DNA of 46,284 nucleotides, taken from contig RBZT01000831.1 in assembly GCA_003693705.1 (NCBI GenBank), positions 1 through 46,284 of the forward strand, written 5' to 3'. Under the pieces are notes generated by a model. The model was not told the DNA's origin and did no database searches. It saw only the letters and a program-made list of their open reading frames with translations. Positions 11,640 to 22,867 of the stretch are shown piece by piece (position 1 is the first letter of the stretch; the number at the start of each line of letters is the position of its first letter). The DNA comes from Polymyxa betae A26-41 (taxonomy: Eukaryota > Protista > Endomyxa: Phytomyxea). A program made the position numbers and the translations under genes.

Positions 11640-13420
11640 ATGTCTGAAGAACATGATGGATCGCCTTCATCTGTTGCTGTTGCCCAAGAAACCCCTGAGC
11701 TTTCAGCCATCCTCAATCAGGACGCCGGCAGCAATCAGGACCCTCCACCATCGATCTCAAATGCTGGACAAGTCAACAACCCCCAACAAGGCCTAGAGAC
11801 CCTGCGCTCTCGTCTGGTCATCCTCACCCAGCGCCTCACCAACTTCTTACTAGCCGACTCTGCAACCGCACGTGGCTCCACTTTGGCCGCAACGCGCACT
11901 TTACGGTCCGAGGTCAAGGAGCTCTCTGACAGCATCAGGTGCCTCGAAGATGCTCTATCTTCCCTCAACAGACCTTCATTACTGCCAGAAACTCCGCAGC
12001 GCGCAAATACTGCGCCTGACTCCTCTGTCATTCCTCATATGCTGGCCGAACGCCATGTTACGTTACCATCAGGTCTGCCCCAATTCCAGCGCTCAACAGG
12101 TTCTATGAGAGTGCGCGAGTTTATTACATCTTTCGAAGATCGACTACGCGCTCACGGCTATCCTATTTCCCGCTACGTGGACGCACTTCTAACCTGCTGT
12201 TCCAAAGATGAAGCAGACTAGTGCCGTTCCGAACTTCGCAATGTGGACATGGACCAAGCTAAACAGCTCTTCATCGAGCACTTTGCCGGAGGCGACATGC
12301 TCGAGCGCTTCCGAGATCAACTGGAATCTATCTCACGTCAACCCAAAGAAGGTCTCAGAGCCTTCGCTGATCGTTATCTGCAGGCCATGCGACTGGCCAA
12401 CGCTGACCCCAATTCTGTAAGTCCGTCCAACGCACTTTCTTCTGCGTCTTCTTACAGACGTCCGGAGACAACTTCGCTGATTCAAACTGTCATCCCCGGA
12501 ATCGGTCCGCACTGTTTCCTCTATCGTTGCTACCATGTCTCATATTTATATCGACGACAACCTAACGCATACATCATCAGAATCTGCCTCCAAGAGATCA
12601 AAATGGTGCCCTCATCATAAATCATCCAAGCACGACGCTACAGAGTGTCGAGCTGACCAAGGTTCTTCATCATCAGCCTCTACGGAACCACAGACTGTAT
12701 TCTGTACATTTCACAACTCAGCAGGACATGACACTAAGGACTGTCGCGCTAAGGCCAAGTCGGACTCCAAGCCAAACCAACTTCCGCTTCATCTTCCCCT
12801 ACCGGTCCGCGCTGTTACACCTGCAAGCAATCCGGTCATTATTCGAGCAATTGCCCGAAAAGTTCAGCTCAATCGTCTTCTCCCGCAACCTCCAACCGTT
12901 CCAATCACATCTCAAATCATCAGGTTAACTTTGATTCTGATCAACAGTTACCCGACCAATCACGCTCAGCTAACACTTCTTCACCTTCTGCTACTATCTC
13001 CGACTTCACAGGACTATGACATACACTACTCATATGGCGACCCAACCTCCCTCTCAACGGCGTTTTTCGCACCGATATGCGTCGCCGATACTCTGAACCT
13101 CCGTGCTTACATTGATACAGGAGCCTCCCACTCCCTGATTCGCCGCTCCTTAGTCGACCTTCTACCCCGCAAGGCCGTGATGTCCATGAGCCAGCCCCTA
13201 ACGAATCTTACATTTCCCTGGGTGCCGAGAATGTCACAGTGCCTCGTATGGGTAACGTTTCCGTCCCATTTTCTTGGGATAACAAGCAATTTTCACACCG
13301 CTTCGAACTTTTGGATCCTCCAACCGGGATCGACATCATTGTCGGACGTGACCTCTTCACTCTATTAGGATTAACAGTCTCGGGACTCCCTCTCTCATTT
13401 TCCGCCCTTCAGTCAACGGC
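11640..13420 (+). pseudogene. Gag (coiled-coil N-terminus, capsid-like region, three Zn knuckles) plus aspartic protease
   Basis: LPQF..VREFITSFE and ISRQPKEGLRAFADRY; knuckles at 12607-12648, 12703-12744 and 12813-12854; protease AYIDTGASHS and DIIVGRDLF. Confidence 0.85.
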
Positions 13421-13596
13421 TCCCGAAAAGCCTATCAACACCCTGGACCGCTCTCAGCTCCGAAATCCGTCGCCGAACCTATTTTCAAACAGCAGTATGG
13501 CATTGCACATACATTCACAATCGCTCCGAATCCTGCTCCGCGACGTCGAAGGTCTTCAGGACAACGCCACCCACATCCACTTTTGGGAGGGAGCAA

Positions 13597-13783
13597 TGTC
13601 GTGAATCACGCCATGACTCACCCAGAATCTGCCTCATCTTTCGTCCCCTCCTGCACTCCAGATTCCAGTACTCTGTTTGGCCGACGTACTCGCCATTCAG
13701 TCCGCTTTTTGATCTTCTTCCTTAACATCGGACAATACCATTTTAGTAACATTTCTGATCACTTCTCATCTCTGTTAACATCA
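13597..13783 (+). repeat. 3' LTR of gag-PR element
   Basis: Direct repeat of 11437-11622. Confidence 0.95.
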
Positions 13784-14360
13784 GTCTGCATAGGCCTTGT
13801 CCGAAAGGGTGAGCTGCGAAAATGTACTTCCTGGGCGTTTTCTTGAAACGATTCCATAATGTCGCAACTTCAGCTGAGCCGAATCAATATCTGAATAACG
13901 ATCGCCATGAAACTTGAGCGAATGTCTACGAACACATTTAATACTCCGCGCCTCCCAGATTTTCGGTTTGCCTGTGCAACATTGACAACGGAACTCTCCG
14001 TCACGAATCTCTTCAACAAAGCTGTAAAAATCAGACGAGGTTTGCGTGTAGAGCAAGGAGCGCCAATACATGATGCATCGGCAGCATCCTCAATCTCTGG
14101 CTCATCATCTGCTACGGAGAGGCTCTGAATCTGCGACTCATGCGAGCATTCACGATATTGAACGCTGCTCATTTTCGCGGCGCCGTCAAGCAATATGTGT
14201 ATCTCAAGTGGGGAACAAATAGCGGCGTCGAGCGAACGATGGCACAACACGAAAGTCACACGATGTGTCGATGAACTACGGTAACAAATCGGTGAATCTC
14301 GGACGCCGTATGGACTTTTGAAAAAAATCTAATAATAATATAAAACGCGAATTCTGTTAA

Positions 14361-14420
14361 GACCCGGGTTGACTCGGGTCGACTCGGGTCGAATCAGGTC
14401 GACTCGGGTCGAATCAGGTC
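14361..14420 (+). repeat. Six tandem 10-bp subterminal units (GACTCGGGTC consensus) of hAT 2
   Basis: GACCCGGGTT GACTCGGGTC GACTCGGGTC GAATCAGGTC GACTCGGGTC GAATCAGGTC; related motifs at 9803-9871. Confidence 0.9.
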
Positions 14421-14899
14421 GGGAAATTTCCCGACCCGAGTCGATCAGTTCCGAAAATCTCCGACCCGTGTCCACCGGGTACAACCCGCTGACATCTCTA
14501 TGTGCGGGTGATCGACTTTTTGTGTGTCTCCGTGTTTAGTCAAAAATGACTAAATAAGGATTGGTACTTGGTTAAATAAACTCCTTATTCTCGTGGATCA
14601 TGGACAATAAATTACGTCGATCTGGAATTTCGGCTCTCTTCCACTACAGATTACTCGGAAGACGTCCATTCAGTATCCTGCTGCCGCTCCCACGACAATT
14701 TAGGAGCCGCAATCCATCATCGCCGGATCCCCACCACGCCAATGTCCGCGGAAAGGACGCGTTCCAGCATGCCGCTACGGCCTCGCTGTGCTGTCCAAGG
14801 AACACGCCTTGTGAACTTTTGAAGTTTTCCACGCACCGACAAAGCCTGTCTTCTTCTTGCTCCCTACTCCTAACAACTTCTTTTTCAACATACAATAAC

Positions 14900-15799
14900 C
14901 AATAAAAGATCGTGTGACATCGATCTCAAGTCTCCATTTCCCGTCCACCGCACCTGATAGCCAGTGCTTATCAATCTTGCTGCTAGGCTGGCTTCTCCTC
15001 TTGCGATACCAGCTGATCGTGTTGTAAAGGCCACATTGGCTACGGTGGTCGATCATGAGACCCCAGTTGTTGACAATCGCGTTGCCTCCAAGCGCAAACT
15101 AACTCCAGTGAAGTCAGAGCCAGCAAATGCGACGCCAGTGAAAATCGTTAGAAGTCATGAAAAAGATGAAACACCTGTCAAAATGGAACGTACATCTTGG
15201 AACGCATTACTCAATGGGCTTTTAATTGAAACGCGCTGGTCAGCAATCGGGAAAAGCAGATTCACCGAAGCCAAGACGAATTTGCAAAAAAAGCAATTGG
15301 TTAACTCAACGCTATAATATCCGAGGACAGACATCGTTTGATGTGAAACAGATAAGGAATCGGGTAGACCAGTTGAAGGCGGACTAGAAATAGGTGGTCG
15401 GTGCATCCAGGCAACCGGCAATGCAGTCTCCATCACTAACCCCCTATGCTGGGATACACTTCATTCCTATTTGAAGGTGATAACTACACATTGCTGGTAA
15501 AACCGCTTTATGACAACTTTTTGAAGGATGTCTCAGGTATGCAGCCCCATGCAATATTGGAATCAGTTTGTTTAAAAGGCAAGACGATCGAATCTTGATT
15601 GGAAAGTGTTGCTGCTTCAATATCATAGCTTGCGGCGGCGCGTCTAGCCACAACAAATATTGCGGCGGGAGCAGGTAACAATATTGCCAAGCTTAAAACA
15701 ATGCAGACAGAACAGCAGGAGACAGAACGCCAGCAAACTGCAATTTCTCAGTCAATGCTGATTGCATCAAATACTCTAGCAGAGAAACTGGGCAAATAG
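14900..15799 (+). pseudogene. Myb/SANT-like accessory protein of Harbinger 3
   Basis: RTSWNALLNGLLIETRW, with a coiled-coil-like end QTEQQETERQQ..LAEKLGK*. Convergent with the transposase. The start is uncertain. Confidence 0.55.
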
Positions 15800-15859
15800 G
15801 TGTAAGCCTAAATCTTTATAATTTAATAAACAACCTCTGCAGCCATGGACATCAATGTT

Positions 15860-17083
15860 TTTGATGGATTTGTGACCATCAAGTAATCCTTGATCAGATC
15901 TCTTTCCGTAGAACGTTACTCTTATCATTCCATTGAGATTCAAACCGCCTGGCATGATGCCCTAGGAAATGGTCTTTCCACTCATCTTTTCCTTCTCTTT
16001 AATTTTGTAAGAATCCTTGGCGTCCATAATGAGATTATGTAGAACCATTCAATGGACTATAGTACGTCCTATGCTTTCTGGATTTTTCATATTGTGTGAA
16101 CGCTATAGTATTCTCCACCATCCTTTCGAAAGACCGAATGCACAGAACGTCGTGCTAGAATGTAGATAATCGAATCTCGATTGATCCCTCGGCATGTCAT
16201 CAGTAATGCTATAAGTAATCATCATTTCACGAGTTAAGCTATTACCTGCATCGCCAACGAGATGCATTCCTCGTGGGATTATCTGTGAGATGTATTGACC
16301 AATCATCGACCCCGACCGATTGGCATGATCCGTAAATCTAGTTTTGCTGTCGACAATGGCCTGCATATTCACTGCAGGGAACCCCTTCCTACAATACCAT
16401 CTGTGTTAACCGATAAACATTTCAGCAATCAAACCGACAGCATCCAGGAACTATAATTCGTACCCTTCAAAATATTGGGGACGTTCAACCTCAATTAGAG
16501 TCCCATCAATGGCTCCTACAGCATCGGGATAGCTAGCAATTTTTTTATTTTTCTGCTACACATGTCCATTTCATCTATGTTTTCAGGCATCTAATCATTT
16601 ATTAGTCAGCTATTGTGACAATATTATAGTTCTCCAACTTTGATAACCATTGGAGCGATCGCCTAAAGGACATCCATCGTTCTGTTGATTATTAAAACAG
16701 CGGATGCTTTGCTCACATGCTTGCGGTCCGGAGTAAATCGGGCTCCTTTGCGAGGTAATTCATGGTCAAAGCAAGCCTCATCCTGAGTCGATACGTGCGT
16801 TGGCAGCTGGAAACAAGTTTACACCTAGGGAGGATGCGGCAGATCGTATCCGCTCTGCCATAAATTCAAAAGAAGAACGGTTTATTCCCTGATTGACATG
16901 GAACCATTCGTTTCCTTCTATAGAATAAGCTTGCTCCCAAGTTTCATTAGGAAATGTCAACTGCTGGCTCCTAGCGCGCTTCGCCCGTCTTCCATCTGCT
17001 AGCAACTCTGTCATAGGAGATTGAAGAGAACTAACAACAGGATGGATAACGACATCTTCATTTTCCGAATCAATCGAGGCCAT
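15860..17083 (-). pseudogene. Harbinger 3 transposase (HARBI1-like)
   Basis: YPDAVGAIDGTLIEVERP, WYCRKGFPAVNMQAIVD, HLVGDAG and FGLSKGWWRIL motifs. Confidence 0.9.
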
Positions 17084-17271
17084 TTCTTCTACATTTTCGA
17101 AGAGGTAGATCTCCTTTGTGCTATTCTGATTTAACTGCATTTTATCTACTTATTTGATTAAGGAGGTCGGCGACATCGCGAAAATTTAAAAGACGGAAAA
17201 TGCGCACCACAGTGAGGGGTACCAATAAAGAGAAGCCCAAAAAGTCGATCGCACGCACTTTAACCCAGCTC

Positions 17272-18168
17272 TTAAAGTCAACTGTGAGCGAGGAGTTTTG
17301 ACACCGAAATCCGGTTGTACTGCCAGAACTGCGGCATTGGAATTTTCCGAGGACTGCGAAGGTTCGCGGACGCCGCTGATGATTGCCTCACGCTGTGCCT
17401 GCTTGACTTTAGAGGCATACGTGTTCGTCAATTTGAGGCGCATTCTTACGTCGTTCCTCTGGAGAACCGCTTTTCCTTTTTCCTCATTTGAAGTACCGGT
17501 TTTTAGCTCGTCAAAGAGTCTCTAACATGCTTCTGTAGGCTTTTTTGATCGAAATCGACACATTCCGGAAAGGTCTGGGTCAAGTCCTGGAACATCTGGA
17601 GAATTTTTGTGATTAGGTTAGCGATGTTTTGGTACATTTAGCTTGTTTTGTTGAGGTTCAAACTAACGTTTAAGCCTCTTTGACCAAACAAGAGAGTCAA
17701 GCTTGACCATGCTACACAGGCGGTCAAAACCCCGTGGCGGCCATTTTCGATATATGACAGTGCGATAATATTATAGTTCTAGATAAGATGCCACCCGGCG
17801 CATAATACATTCATTCTTTATATTGCCCTCTTATCCTCAACATCGACTTCCACATTCGTAGACGCTGTCAGCTGCTTCCGGCAAAAGACTGCTGACTCTC
17901 TGCCTCCACCCTTCATCTTCAACATGTTTACCTTCTTCCAAACAGCTCCAGGGATGAGCTGGGTGATGTTTTCCCTAGTCTTGCTGTATTCGGCACAATG
18001 GCAGTGATAAGATGCCACACGCTTGCTCAGATGGTTATGATCGATTTTAACGACCGATTTCCGCTTGCGACTCTGTGCAGATTATAGATCAGCGCCCGTT
18101 TCCCCGGAACCGGAAGATGTTGTTTCGACATCAGATGCAAATTCACTCGATCCCAAGGGGTTATCCAT
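17272..18168 (-). pseudogene. Harbinger accessory protein copy B, N-terminal and middle parts, interrupted by an LTR-like segment
   Basis: Starts MDNPLGSS. TQLIPGAVWKKV and PECVDFDQKSLQKHVRRLFDELKTGTSNEEKGKAVLQ align with copy A. Confidence 0.7.
17649..17842 (+). repeat. Solo-LTR-like segment (194 bp)
   Basis: TGTTGAGG...CCTCAACA perfect inverted ends. Shares ATAATACATTCATTCT with the solo LTR at 37834-38121. No matching TSD. Confidence 0.55.
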
Positions 18169-18599
18169 TGAAAATCTCAACAAAGATCACGCAAAAAATC
18201 AGGAATCAATACAACCAAACAGTGTTTGAAACTGGAGCAACGCCCACTTTAATTGCTTAAAACAGTTTCACATATCCAATTTAATCTAACTGGAATCTGA
18301 CTGGGGGGCTCCGCGAATTTCTACATCTAGCTCGACCAAAACTGACTGTGACCTTATCCAGTTCCATCCTATTTACGGAAGTCTTTTGGATACTAGAGAG
18401 TTTTCGGAACTCTGATTTCGAGGGATTCAAATTCTGATAGCACCCCGATACAGTTCGGTGTGACTAGATGCTATACTGATATTCAAAAAAAGGTTTCGGC
18501 AACCCTTTCACATTCAGATTCTGATTCAGTTCAGATTTCGGAATCGTTTTTAAAATTCAGATTCAGGAAAAACAGATTAGCGGCACCCATAAAATTGTG

Positions 18600-18835
18600 A
18601 TCACTGTGCAGTGGCTGGCGACGATCAAGCAATAGAGCTTCTCGTGACCATTTTCTTCGGGCTCGGCCAGGATGTGGACGCATTTATTGCAGTTATTACT
18701 GCATGCCGGAAAATAACCTGTTCCGACTTCGTATCCCTGCAATACTTGCTCTTGATCGATGTCAAAAGTTTGATTATGAACTGGATGTATGAACTGGATG
18801 ATACCACTGCATTGATTCGTTTCCGCTTTACTACC
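18600..18835 (+). pseudogene. Possible N-terminal fragment of a further Harbinger transposase
   Basis: ELDDTTALIRFRFT resembles the start of the HARBI HTH, and the frame is cut at a Gypsy fragment. Confidence 0.3.
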
Positions 18836-19520
18836 GGTACTTTTTACGTTCCGAAGAAAGAGCGCCATTGCAATACAGCATCTACAGTCTTTGCTGTATT
18901 TGGCACAATTACCGGTTTGAACAAGATCAATCCAGAAAAGTCATCCAGAATAACGAAAATCCATTGATACCGTTCCGCAAGTCTTAATCCTCATGCACTG
19001 CCAAATTGATTTCCAAAATGCGTACGCATTTTTCCGAAAGACGATCATTTTTCTGAAGGCGTGACTGCGCAAATTACTTTTTTATCACTTTCGAAAAGTG
19101 CGCGTGGATATTCAAAACTGCGTGTGAGTTTTCTCTAGAATCCCCCATACAGCTGCCAAAAATATGCCAGCTCATACAGTTTGTTTTCACTAAAACTCTG
19201 CAAATAATCAATATTTTTGAAAAATAATTCTATAGTCTTGTTCAGGACGATGAGATCTATCGATTTATAGAGAGTTTGGTGGCCGATGGGTCTTGGGCCC
19301 GGAGCCTTAGGGATATATGCGATTTTGTATGGGCGCAGATGAGGATTAAGACTTCCAGTACGGTAGTTCAAAGAACTTTCAATTTATGCATTATTTATAA
19401 ATAGTTCAAATGGAAAACCTCATTAGGTTTCGTTCCATGTCTTGCTGATCCATGAGGTCGAGGAAAACGAAATCCTTTCCTCGTTGGAAGGGAATGTAGA
19501 CAAGAAGAGCAGACATTTTT
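18836..19520 (-). pseudogene. Gypsy integrase fragment split by a MITE
   Basis: CSSCLH..PRPHGSARHGTKPNEVFHLNYL on one side and YQWIFVILDDFSG..VLQWRSFFG on the other. Confidence 0.75.
18970..19363. mobile_element. Tc1/mariner-type MITE (394 bp)
   Basis: TA on both sides. The 25-bp TIRs CCGTTCCGCAAGTCTTAATCCTCAT and (reverse complement) CCGTACTGGAAGTCTTAATCCTCAT match 22/25. No coding motif inside. Confidence 0.85.
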
Positions 19521-19539
19521 GATGTCTGTCATCATACCG

Positions 19540-20863
19540 ACCTTGATTGGTACCAGTCTCTAGAGAAGGCATTGAAGCTGGCCGTGGAAAGTAACATAAA
19601 ATTCAATGTGAAGAAATGTGAACTGTACAGTAGATCGGCCAAATTCTGCGGACGAATTTTCTCTCCGGATGGCGTAACCCATGATCCAGACAGAATTGAA
19701 ACTTTGCTATCAATACCGCAGCCAAAAACCGCGCGGGACCTGCAGCAGTTTCTGATGGCTACTCAGTGGAAGAACCGATCGATCCCAGAATATAATAAGA
19801 CAGTTAGAATTTTACAAGACATATTCGAAGAACCTATGAAGAACCAGCCAGCACGAACAAAAAGTGTCGCCAGACAAGTTCAACTATCATAGTATGGCTG
19901 AGGCGCACAGCGTGTTCTTGTCTTGGAGAAATTGAAGACTGCAATAACGAATCGGACAAAGCTGGCATTTCCCAGAAATGATAGGATCAGTGTATGTTCA
20001 CGGCTGCGAATGAGTATAATACATCTGGAATGGTTACACAAATTCCGATAGAAGACGCTGAAAAACCAATTCAGCTACAGAGGCACGAACCGCTAGGGTT
20101 TGTGGGGCATCGGTTTCACGGTTCGGAACTTAACTGGACTGTCGCCGAAAAAGAAGGCTTCGCAATTAAAGATACAATGCAGAAGTTAGATTATTTATTA
20201 CAACTGAAGAAACCATTTAAATTGTTCTGTGATCATAAAAACTTGATACAGATTTTTTCTCCGCATCAGGTTTCGAAACCGACTGCGCAGAAACTGCAAA
20301 GATGGGCTCGAATTAAGACAGAAGTGGTTAATGCCAGCTTAGCTGATAATCGTATAACTTGTAAAGGAATCCTTGATAGTGGCACTGATGCCAGGACTAT
20401 ATCAGGAAAGCTCTTGAATAAACTGAGATCAATAACACCTCTGTTGAATTATATTCCTGGAAAAAGAGGTTACTTTGGAAATGCCCAGAGGCCATTCCAC
20501 ACTTATAAAGACAAAAGTTGAAATTGATTTGACTTTAGAATCGAAATGTGTCATTTATTAGTGCCAAGTCATCATTGTTTGATTTTGGATAATATGGCCG
20601 AAGACCTAATTCCTGGAAATGACCTATTAATTTTGCTAGGAATAGATCCTAAGAATGCTTTGGATTCGCTGATTGCTTCTAATAATGATAATAACAACAA
20701 TGAATCTTATGCCAATTATGACCATATCTCTCTAGCTCCCGACATTGGTCAAGATACGCATTCTGAGATATATGCTTCTCTAAGCAACAAAGTACGAGAA
20801 GGTCTCAATAAAGGCATGAGCCCTGAATACGAACAGAGATTGATTCTGCTCGATAAAAACTAG
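19540..20863 (+). pseudogene. Gypsy pol fragments in scrambled order (RT end, RNase H, then protease)
   Basis: KFCGRIF..LQQFL, HEPLGF..WTVAEKEGFAI..CDHKNL, followed by GILDSGTDARTIS and DLIPGNDLLILLGID. Confidence 0.8.
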
Positions 20864-20958
20864 CCGAGGCGAAAGAGAAGAACCTACAGACCGCTCTTCA
20901 GTTAGGTCTGATTACGAAGGATGATTTTGACAAAAAGACTAGGGAGCTTTTATTGTAG
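20864..20958 (+). pseudogene. Harbinger accessory protein copy C, C-terminal remnant
   Basis: AKEKNLQTALQLGLITKDDFDKKTRELLL*, convergent with the transposase at 20985-22130. Confidence 0.6.
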
Positions 20959-20984
20959 ATGTTTGATCAGAAAAGATTTCTCTC

Positions 20985-22130
20985 ATTTATCGCCCTCCCA
21001 TCCATTGTCGTCGTTTACAATGCCGATTTTTCCAGGCATATCCTGCCGTTTTTTCTGAATGAAGTTAGTAAGAATGGCTGCCGCACGACACAGAATCGGG
21101 AGCATATCATGCGAAAAAATCATATAATTTCATGAAACGCCTCCACTTTCGCTCGAGGAATCCAAGTCCCCATTCCACTTGAACACGATACCCAGCCTGC
21201 ATGGCATTGAATGCATTAACGACACGAACGTCACCGTCTGCAGAAATTTCGCGACTATCGACTCGCCGCATGATGGACATTTCTTCTCCAATGTACCCCG
21301 GATCACCCAATAGGTATTCGATTTCAACATTGTTGTGAGAAAAATGAGAGCGCCATGCTGGTACAAAGACGATCTTTCTCAAAATTGCATCGTCATGGAA
21401 GACCCAGGGAACCCTGGATCAACGAAAATACAAAGTCCATTGTGATCAACCACAGCGGTATTGTTGAATGAATACATTGCTTTTTGTCCATTGTATCAGT
21501 AGCGATTATTATCTCGAGCTGGGCGACGAATTTTGACAAGGGTTCCTTCAATAAATCCAATACAGCCTTAGAATTCAGAGATAAGTCGAGCGAGTTCCTT
21601 ACGTTCCTGAGCTGTTGGCCAACGTAGTTCTTGGGACAAATCTTCATTGATGCACGAAGACACGAAGACGCAGTCGTCGCAAGAGGAAGATTTGGAACAA
21701 TTCCAGCCATGTGCCAACAGCACAATATTGTCATGCTACAAAAAGAGAAGAAAGTGTAAAAGTCTTTGTGCAGAAGATAATTAGGGTGGCCTGCCCATAA
21801 TTCCGCGATGCATGCCTGTCTATCTTGCTGTACGTTGCAGATAATATAGGGAAGACCCTTGACCCGCTCACAGAGCTCTTCGAAATCAGAATCTGTCAAA
21901 TTTGTCATTGGGCAAATCATCGATGGTGTGCTCTGTAGAGTAGCAAGTTGGTTCCGAACACCGACACTCGCGTCGACATGTCGCTGATCCTCATTCAGCC
22001 ATTCATCATCAGCGAAAAAGTCTTCGGTGACTGAAACCGTCGTACAAACGGCCACAAGAGCCCTTTTTTCCGCAACAGAGAGACGCAACAAATCGTCATC
22101 AGAATAAAGCTCGAAATCACTCGTAGTTGT
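20985..22130 (-). pseudogene. PIF/Harbinger transposase 4, paralogue of transposase 2
   Basis: DPGFPGSSMT, YLLGDPGYIGEE and YRVQVEWGLG..RKW motifs. EDQRHVDASVGVRNQLATLQSTPS aligns with EDQPFVSVGEGVRDQLTLLQRTPS. Confidence 0.9.
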
Positions 22131-22199
22131 CGAAATCAGATCAGAATTTGTTTATTTCAGCAGCTAGAACTACACTATCACGGAATCCGCTGAAAAAAT

Positions 22200-22742
22200 G
22201 GGCGAACTCACCCATAATTCCCAAACTTTACGAAACTGTATCGCAGAAAGAAACTGCGCGCAAAAAGAAGGGTTACTTTACGGATGTGTTTATTAGATGC
22301 ATTTAAGGGTTTTTGGATTATGCCCTTGGATAAGAAGTACCAAGAGATTTTCTCGTTTAAGACTGATCGACGGGTTTTTACTCCAACACTGTTTATACAG
22401 GGTGCATCCAATTCGGCCACCTAATTCCAGGCAGTGGAATGGCTGCAATCTTCAGCGAACTCCTTTTAAGTGCTTAATCATTCGGATTGAAGACCTTCTA
22501 GGTTATGCTGATACAGAAGACATTTGGTTCTCTGCATTAGAGCAAACATTTGATTTAATGGATAGATTTCATCTGAAGTTTAATATAGGTAAATGTCATT
22601 TCTTCTTGACAGAAGTGAAATTCTGTGGAAGTATATTTCGTCCTAGCGGGGTAAGTCACGATTCAGCTCGAATTGAAGCTGTAAATAACATGCCTACCCC
22701 GTCACGTGCCAACGATCTACAGCAAAGTCTAATGGCATCTCA
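22200..22742 (+). pseudogene. Gypsy RT fragment
   Basis: LDAFKGFWIMPL..QGASNS, IEDLLGYA, VKFCG and LQQSL motifs. Confidence 0.85.
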
Positions 22743-22867
22743 TGTAGCAGGTTCACAAACTAGCTAGGTAGTAAGATAGCAGAAGTGTTTTATATAGAGT
22801 ACTCTTTTCGATTCAAGCAAAAATAATGTAAGAAAATAAAGAACAATAGATTTCGAAGAAATCTACA

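Larger units (their letters stand above)
11437..13783 (+). mobile_element. Non-autonomous LTR retrotransposon with gag and protease only (Gypsy-like)
   Basis: LTRs at 11437-11622 and 13597-13783, TSD GGCTG/GTCTG, PPT GGGAGGGAG just before the 3' LTR, and no RT, RNase H or integrase. Confidence 0.9.
9940..14170 (-). pseudogene. hAT 2 transposase (BED finger, DDE core, dimerisation domain) split by an LTR element
   Basis: FRCQCC..HSLKFH, QPLSVVE, TTDMWT, TGDNAS, RCFAH, DCETRWNS and WFKGNLSVYPRVQMMARDY motifs. Removing 11437-13788 restores the in-frame reading KAYAAQQLTQWAV. Confidence 0.9.
4963..14500 (-). mobile_element. hAT DNA transposon 2, inserted in the left TIR of Harbinger 3
   Basis: Termini TC|GAGGTGTCAACGAGTCG and (reverse complement) TAGAGATGTCAGCGGGTTG match 14/19. 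The 8-bp TSD is AGTGCGGT (4955-4962) / TGTGCGGG (14501-14508). GACCCGGG/GACTCGGGTC subterminal repeats occur at both ends. Confidence 0.85.
4943..17271. mobile_element. PIF/Harbinger element 3, about 2.8 kb of its own sequence plus nested hAT 2, Gypsy 1 and the gag-PR LTR element
   Basis: TTA flanks both ends (4940-4942, 17272-17274). The left TIR rebuilt from 4943-4962 plus 14509-14522 matches the right TIR 17238-17271 at 30/34. Confidence 0.9.

Noticed and set aside
14361-14420. Telomeric or satellite repeat
   Set aside because: It lies within 140 bp of a hAT terminus with related motifs at the other end, which fits transposase-binding subterminal repeats.
22743-22867. Solo LTR (TGTAG...CTACA, 125 bp)
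   Set aside because: The flanks TCTCA/TTCCA do not form a TSD and belong to different elements, so support is too weak.
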